Below are positions 29,901-34,310 of a DNA stretch of 34,310 nt, in pieces. Source of the stretch: a virus; the IMG/VR virus record IMGVR_UViG_3300033892_000029. One strand, given 5' to 3'. The translations under genes were made by a program, and so were the position numbers. How positions within the stretch are numbered: position 1 is the stretch's first letter; each line of letters begins with the position of its first letter. Below the pieces are notes generated by a model that worked only from the letters and a program-made list of their open reading frames with translations, had not been told where the DNA came from and searched no databases.

Positions 29901-30307
29901 GGCGCCCCTCCCGTATTGAGGGCTTGCTGGATCGACGTCGGCAAAGGACCCAGCCACGTGGCCGCTGCCGTGTCGGAGGAGGGAATGGCATGCAGCTTCT
30001 GCTGCAATGCGATCACCTGTTTGGTTTGTGCTTGGACCAAGGCTTCGCGTTGGGAGGCCGCTTCTTGGGCCGCGGTTGCCGCGTCCTGCGCCTGAATAAG
30101 CTGCGCCGCGTCGGCCTGTGCCTGTGCCTGCTGCGCGGCGGTAGAGGCTCGAGTGATGGCCTGCGCCTGCGTGGCTTTGTACTGCGCCAGCGCCGCCGCA
30201 CCCGCTTGCGCGCCTTCGTGGTGGCCATAGAGGTAGCCGCCCAGCAGGCAGGCAAATAGCAGCAGGAGCGCGGCGAGAATCTTGATAGCGAGACTTTGCA
30301 GGTTCAT
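29897..30307 (-). CDS. i-spanin (136 aa)
   Basis: ORF track. N-terminal TM helix (LAIKILAALLLLFACLLGGYLY) followed by an Ala/Gln-rich coiled coil, immediately upstream of the lipoprotein gene. Confidence 0.8.
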   Translation of the reverse strand: MNLQSLAIKILAALLLLFACLLGGYLYGHHEGAQAGAAALAQYKATQAQAITRASTAAQQAQAQADAAQLIQAQDAATAAQEAASQREALVQAQTKQVIALQQKLHAIPSSDTAAATWLGPLPTSIQQALNTGGAP

Positions 30308-30597
30308 ACCTTTGACTCCTTCGCCATGGCGGCATCGATGGATGCATCAAGTTGTAGTGGGCCGCTTCGATACGTGCCGTAGTAGAGCTGTGCTGCCTCT
30401 CCGTATTCGCCGGTTAGTTCCGTCGCATTTATCTTGAGCCACCGATACCGCGCCGCATCCTTTGCGTCCTGCTCGATCTGGGCAGCGTGGCGCTTGATGA
30501 ATAGACGCAGAGCGAGTTCCGTGTCAGAAAGCGGCAGGCAACTTCTTGTATCGGCGCATGCCTGCACAACCTCGCACAAGTCTTCAAGCATGGTCAT
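30304..30597 (-). CDS. Hypothetical protein (97 aa)
   Basis: ORF track. Protein-like, with a 4-nt overlap with the i-spanin start. Confidence 0.6.
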   Translation of the reverse strand: MTMLEDLCEVVQACADTRSCLPLSDTELALRLFIKRHAAQIEQDAKDAARYRWLKINATELTGEYGEAAQLYYGTYRSGPLQLDASIDAAMAKESKV

Positions 30598-30907
30598 GGC
30601 TGTCTCCGATAGCGCGGCGCAGCTTGTCAGCTTGCTCAGCCATGCCTGGGACTTCTACAACAGCATGCTCTGCAAGCCAATCAGCCACCTCCCGCACCTG
30701 CTCCATCATCTGCGCGTGGGCGGTGAGGTGGGCACGATGATTCCAGCAGCTAGCAGACGAGAACTTCCGGTCTTCAAGAATGCAATTGCCGCTTGGATGC
30801 TCAGGGTGGTACACGTACCAGAATTCGCGGCCATAGCTGACCGGTCGGGTCACGTACTCAACTTCCATGCCGCAGAACGGGCACGGCTCCAACGTCATCG
30901 CGCTCAT
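30584..30907 (-). CDS. Lar-like zinc-ribbon protein (107 aa); restriction-alleviation candidate
   Basis: ORF track. The N-terminal LEPCPFCG motif plus a later Cys/His (GNC...SCWNH) resembles Lar-family proteins. Assigned from memory; the function is unverified. Confidence 0.45.
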   Translation of the reverse strand: MSAMTLEPCPFCGMEVEYVTRPVSYGREFWYVYHPEHPSGNCILEDRKFSSASCWNHRAHLTAHAQMMEQVREVADWLAEHAVVEVPGMAEQADKLRRAIGDSHDHA

Positions 30908-31170
30908 TTCGTCACCTCGGGCTGCGGGGCTGCGGCGAGTATGGCCGTATAAGCCGCGTTCAACAGAATGCGCTCCTGCGCTTCCGACTTGCGCGGCGGC
31001 TCGCCATCGACACGGAAATTAGCGGCCACGGTTGCGGTGCGCGCCCTTTCGATCATCTCCCGCGTTGCGATAAGTGGCACCAGCTTCCACCCCTCCGGCG
31101 CCGCCTTAGCCGTTGATAGGTTGGCGGCGAAGGATTCGAGCGCGGCGCGCATGCATTCCCGGTTATGCAT
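30904..31170 (-). CDS. Hypothetical protein (88 aa) with a PEGWKLVP...REM motif
   Basis: ORF track. An alternative ATG lies at 31152. The motif recurs in many small phage early proteins, from memory. Confidence 0.6.
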   Translation of the reverse strand: MHNRECMRAALESFAANLSTAKAAPEGWKLVPLIATREMIERARTATVAANFRVDGEPPRKSEAQERILLNAAYTAILAAAPQPEVTK

Positions 31171-31280
31171 TGCACGATCTGCGCGGCTTGGCGGAGCATG
31201 TCCTGAGCTGGGCTCCCTCTCAGCATTTTTTCAGCCATTGCCTCGTACTGCTCCGCCGTGTATTTCGGTTCGTTAGTCAT
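31053..31280 (-). CDS. Possible small protein; only the first ~37 codons look coding (MTNEPKYTAEQYEAMAEKMLRGSPAQDMLRQAAQIVQ)
   Basis: ORF track. The 3' 118 nt overlap the next gene out of frame and translate to an Arg-rich, unprotein-like tail. Confidence 0.3.
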   Translation of the reverse strand: MTNEPKYTAEQYEAMAEKMLRGSPAQDMLRQAAQIVQCITGNACAPRSNPSPPTYQRLRRRRRGGSWCHLSQRGR

Positions 31281-31292
31281 GGCGCTTTCTCC

Positions 31293-32078
31293 TCATGCAG
31301 GCGCGTAGCGGTTCTTGAGCTGCCACAGCGCCAGCGCGTGCTGAAACATCTGCCAGCCCCGTTCCGCTTCCGCCGGTTCCCAGATCTTCACCATCACCGC
31401 GGCCGGCCGAATGCCGACCATGATCGACACCAGGGGGGCAATCAGGGAGCCGCAGCGATGGACATCGCAGCGACCGGCATAACCCACACCGACAACACAT
31501 TCCTCGAAATGCAGCCCACGGTCGGGATTCTTGAGCGCGCGCGCATAGGCCGCCAGCTGCATCACGTGTTCGTCGTAGAACAGGTCACGTTCCAGCTTGC
31601 CCTCGAGCGTGTCCTTGGACTTGAAATCGCCCACGAAGGCCAGCGGGAGTTGTTCCAGCTTCTGTCTCACCAGCGCCACGTGATCGTAGAACGCCGGATC
31701 GAACGGCTCGTCCCGGAAAGCCTGCTCGATGGCGGCATGCAGTCGCGTGCCTTCGTCGGCACGTTTGGCCGCCCAAGCGCGCGAGTCTTCTTCCACCCGA
31801 CGCAGGAAGCGCTCGTCAGGCTCGTTTTCCAGCCGCGTCAGCGTCAGTGCCGACAGCGCAAACTGTTCACGCTTCCAGCGCTCCAGCCCCGGGGCGGCGA
31901 GCACGCGCATGACTGTGGTCACGCTGGGCAGCAGCCCCAGCTTGCGCGCGTGGCGGATATCCGGATTGATCATCTTGCTGCCGTCGGCGTTGGGCACTTC
32001 GTACGCGGGGCGACCGTCCGGGTAGTACCAGTGCAGGGACTCGGCAGCGCGCGGGAACATCGGAATGGGCAGATTCAT
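31293..32078 (-). CDS. PD-(D/E)XK exonuclease (RecB/Cas4/YqaJ-like, 261 aa)
   Basis: ORF track. ...LPSVTTVMRVL..., EGTRLHAAIE, FVGDFKSK and VMQLAAYARAL follow the motif order of the phage recombination exonuclease fold (D..., D/E-x-K, QxxxY). Confidence 0.65.
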   Translation of the reverse strand: MNLPIPMFPRAAESLHWYYPDGRPAYEVPNADGSKMINPDIRHARKLGLLPSVTTVMRVLAAPGLERWKREQFALSALTLTRLENEPDERFLRRVEEDSRAWAAKRADEGTRLHAAIEQAFRDEPFDPAFYDHVALVRQKLEQLPLAFVGDFKSKDTLEGKLERDLFYDEHVMQLAAYARALKNPDRGLHFEECVVGVGYAGRCDVHRCGSLIAPLVSIMVGIRPAAVMVKIWEPAEAERGWQMFQHALALWQLKNRYAPA

Positions 32079-32169
32079 GACATGCTCCGTGGTGAGAAAG
32101 GGATCGGACAGATGACGGCAGGTCTCATCAGCTGTCAGATGCCGCCTGTTGCGCGAGGCGGCGGCGCGT

Positions 32170-32604
32170 TTATGGACTGATACCTTTTTGCCTCATTTCG
32201 GCGTGGCGTTGACGGTGGTGTGTGTTGCAAAGCCACCTTACGACGAGCGGTTGGCTGTAATCCTCGTGATGAGCTTCCGTCGTTGGATTTCCACAAACCT
32301 CGCAAGGCTGCCGAAATAATTTGCCATCCCGTAACGCATTTCCCACTGCCATTCTTGCTTTTCGTTTCTTTGGATTGGAAGCGTAGTAACGACGAGATAT
32401 CTCACGAACAACCAATTTTCCTCGCTCGGTTTGTCTGTAAGCCTTGCGCGCTTGGGCTCTGTGAGGATCTTTGGCGCGATTTTTGTCGTAAGCCTTTTGG
32501 CATTCCTTGCATTTTGCCGCCAATCCATCTGAACTCGCTGCTCGCAATCCGAAATCACTGGCCGGTTTAACCGTACCGCAGGTGTTGCAGTGTTTGGTGT
32601 TCAT
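32170..32604 (-). CDS. Free-standing HNH endonuclease (144 aa) in a low-GC island
   Basis: ORF track. N-terminal CNTCG...CKEC zinc ribbon and C-terminal CEVCG...EAHHEDYSQPLVVRWLCNTHHRQRH (HNH core). Strong AAGGAGG lies before the ATG. GC is about 46% by hand count over 32281-32400. Confidence 0.85.
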   Translation of the reverse strand: MNTKHCNTCGTVKPASDFGLRAASSDGLAAKCKECQKAYDKNRAKDPHRAQARKAYRQTERGKLVVREISRRYYASNPKKRKARMAVGNALRDGKLFRQPCEVCGNPTTEAHHEDYSQPLVVRWLCNTHHRQRHAEMRQKGISP

Positions 32605-32657
32605 AGGCCCTCCTTTCGAAAGAGCCTATGTCATTCAAGGAATATGTGCAAGGAACA

Positions 32658-33272
32658 TCAAAATGGAATGTCAGAGTCTTCCCACGGCTGGTACTCGCTC
32701 TCACTGGGCTGACTGCCCCCTTGTGCCGTCATCGGCGGCGCATTCTCGATCCGCTTGCGCAGCCAGTCCGGCAGCTTCTCGAACACTTCCTTCGGCGTGC
32801 CGGGCGCCCAGAACAAGAGCGGATTCTCGGCCTTGAGGACGGTGCCCTTGGGCGCCGGCCCGATCATGCGGATATTGCTGTAGGTGCGGCCGCCCTGCTC
32901 GGCTTCCGTCACCATCAAGGTGCACGGCTTGCCCAGCACCGTTTCGATGTCGAAGGCCGCCGCTTCCTCGTCGGTGAATTTGCGTCCGCGCCATCCCTCC
33001 AGATGCTGGCGCAGGATCGCCTTGGCGTTCATGGAAGCGACGTACCAGGCGCCGATGGTCAGCGGGCCTTCGATGCGCTTGCCCTGATGTTCGTATTCGA
33101 TGCGATGCTCGGGCACCTCGAAGCGCAGGTACAGTCGGTGCTTGAGCGCGGGGTAGCGGGAGGAGCCTGGCTGCATGCCGGCATCCACCAGCAGGTTGCA
33201 AACGGCCAGATGCATACCGGCGGGCACGCGCTCGAAATCGCGTCCGCCGGAGACAGGAAGGTTCAAAGCCAT
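32658..33272 (-). CDS. Single-stranded DNA-binding protein (204 aa) with an acidic C-terminal DIPF tip
   Basis: ATG at 33272 in the frame of ORF 32658..33365; the 31 codons upstream have low third-position GC. MALNLPVSGGRDFERVPAGMHLAVCNLLVD... at the start, ending ...SEYQPWEDSDIPF, the hallmark SSB partner-binding tail. Confidence 0.7.
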   Translation of the reverse strand: MALNLPVSGGRDFERVPAGMHLAVCNLLVDAGMQPGSSRYPALKHRLYLRFEVPEHRIEYEHQGKRIEGPLTIGAWYVASMNAKAILRQHLEGWRGRKFTDEEAAAFDIETVLGKPCTLMVTEAEQGGRTYSNIRMIGPAPKGTVLKAENPLLFWAPGTPKEVFEKLPDWLRKRIENAPPMTAQGGSQPSESEYQPWEDSDIPF

Positions 33273-33361
33273 GAGATTCACTCCAGAAGGTTCAGAAAGT
33301 GCGGGTGGTATCCGACCCGCGGCGGCGCGCTGCCCTTCATCGGTCCACAGCGCTGGACCCT

Positions 33362-33481
33362 TCACCCGGTGGCCGGCGGCGGTCCATCGGCCATGCCGGC
33401 GAAGTAGGCTTCCCGATACTGCGATTCGGGATCGTCGGGATCGTCTTCGGGATAGTCCAGTGCCTGTTCGTACGCGTTCAC
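33362..33481 (-). CDS. Possible acidic micro-protein (39 aa)
   Basis: GTG at 33481, just after the upstream stop. VNAYEQALDYPEDDPDDPESQYREAYFAGMADGPPPATG. Confidence 0.3.
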   Translation of the reverse strand: MNAYEQALDYPEDDPDDPESQYREAYFAGMADGPPPATG

Positions 33482-33485
33482 GACG

Positions 33486-33836
33486 TCAGTCCTGCACCAG
33501 GCGCGCTTGCTCCAGGAACGGGTTGTACTCGCGGCTGATGCGGAACTCGTAGATACCCGCCGGCAACTCAAAATGCTCGTGCGGTACGGGCGCATCCTGC
33601 TCCAGCAGGCAGTCCGCCGACAGGCACGCATAGATGATGCGCATGCCATCGGGCACCGCATCCGTGCGCTCCATGACCTCGGCGCCCTCGCCCGCAAGCA
33701 CATGGTGATGGCCGCTTTCGGAGTGGCTGATGATGGCGCCGTGCGCATTGCGCTCGACCGGTTTGTGCTGCATGGCGGGCAGCGTATCAATGCGGATGAT
33801 GGTGATTTCGCCTTGGGCTCCGACAATCTGTTTCAT
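33486..33836 (-). CDS. Hypothetical beta-rich protein (116 aa)
   Basis: ATG at 33836 with AGGAGA upstream, in the frame of ORF 33486..34016. MKQIVGAQGEITIIRIDTLPAMQHKPVERNAHGAIISHSESGHHHVLAGEGAEVMERTD... Confidence 0.65.
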   Translation of the reverse strand: MKQIVGAQGEITIIRIDTLPAMQHKPVERNAHGAIISHSESGHHHVLAGEGAEVMERTDAVPDGMRIIYACLSADCLLEQDAPVPHEHFELPAGIYEFRISREYNPFLEQARLVQD

Positions 33837-33882
33837 GGGGTTCTCCTGGTGGGCTGCAGTGGTGGACTGTTGAGGGGTGGGA

Positions 33883-34310
33883 TTAGGTACGGCGCGGCGG
33901 ATGGATGTATTCGGCCTGCGGATCGCCGATGCGCCACGCCTGCGCGGCGAGGGCCGTGTCGATGGGAAGGTTGTCGATATCGGAAACGCGCGGCACCCCT
34001 TCCACGATCGTGCCATTGCGCGGGCATTCGGCTTTAAGGAAGCGGCCCGGTTCAGCCAATCCCGGGAGATCCAGCTCGATGAGTTGGCCGATGGTCGGCG
34101 AGCCGCTATCGTGGATCACGCGCGCTTTGAGCACTTGCAACATCTTCGGCCACCCGACAATAGCAGCCCCGGCGGCGCGCTGTTCGACATTTTCCGCTCG
34201 GATGACTTCGCGAGGGTCAAGATGCTCACGATCTTCAATCCAGTGCGCCGGCACGCGCACGCCATGCCAGTGGTAAAGCGACCAACCGTCGCGCCAGCGA
34301 TGCGAGGGTC
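33883..34310 (-). CDS. C-terminal part of the wrap-around DUF6745-like gene (see 1..1316); 34184-34310 duplicates 1-127
   Basis: ORF 33883..34260 is listed with an internal GTG, but the frame stays open to the window end and continues at base 128 on the circle. ...SHRWRDGWSLYHWHGVRVPAHWIEDREHLDPREVIRAENVEQRAAGAAIVGWPKMLQVLKARVIHDSGSPTIGQLIELDLPG... Confidence 0.8.
   Translation of the reverse strand, partial: PSHRWRDGWSLYHWHGVRVPAHWIEDREHLDPREVIRAENVEQRAAGAAIVGWPKMLQVLKARVIHDSGSPTIGQLIELDLPGLAEPGRFLKAECPRNGTIVEGVPRVSDIDNLPIDTALAAQAWRIGDPQAEYIHPPRRT
34184..34310. repeat. Terminal direct repeat, right copy (identical to 1-127)
   Basis: Exact 127-nt identity read by eye. Confidence 0.95.

Noticed and set aside
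32560-32604. Apparent frameshift near the start of the HNH gene during my manual translation
   Set aside because: My hand count disagreed by one base with several ORF-track entries in 32170-32600. The computed ORF track gives an intact 144-aa HNH protein, so I treat this as my reading error and use the track coordinates. My own coordinates in 32100-32660 may be off by 1.

Overview
The window is a complete, circularly closed dsDNA phage genome. Bases 1-127 are identical to 34184-34310, so the unique length is 34,183 bp. GC is high by eye (mid-60s %), with two clear low-GC islands.

Layout: two gene blocks diverge from an ~850-bp non-coding control region (2960-3813) and converge at 27595/27599.
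- Rightward block (3814-27595): three small proteins including an HTH small-terminase candidate, large terminase, portal, a 647-bp non-coding gap, tiny basic peptides, scaffold, major capsid, head/tail structural proteins, a beta-helix tailspike, small membrane proteins, internal virion-type proteins and a 1789-aa giant.
- Leftward block (2830 down through the window origin to 27599): a tRNA-like leader, small regulators, a repeat-containing DUF6745-like gene that wraps across the window ends, an SSB with a DIPF tail, a free-standing HNH endonuclease, a PD-(D/E)XK exonuclease, a Lar-like zinc ribbon, i-/o-spanins, a Vsr/DUF559-like nuclease and a GH24 endolysin.

No tape measure, tail tube or sheath is present, which suggests a podovirus-like virion. 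The spanins imply a Gram-negative host. I could not find a DNA polymerase, primase/helicase, integrase, CI-type repressor or reverse transcriptase.

Most unusual signals:
1. A 49-unit 12-bp tandem array coding an X-A-A-T tetrapeptide repeat, inside a gene the ORF track misses.
2. A tRNA-like cloverleaf with a truncated anticodon arm, sitting at the predicted +1 of a near-consensus promoter.
3. Two identically spaced inverted-repeat pairs of a CCGTAGCTAA motif upstream of the packaging genes.
4. A hairpin-dense 647-bp non-coding gap in the middle of the morphogenesis operon.
5. A C-terminal Hint/intein-like domain on a tail-region protein.

All functional calls come from motif recognition by eye. 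No database search was run.
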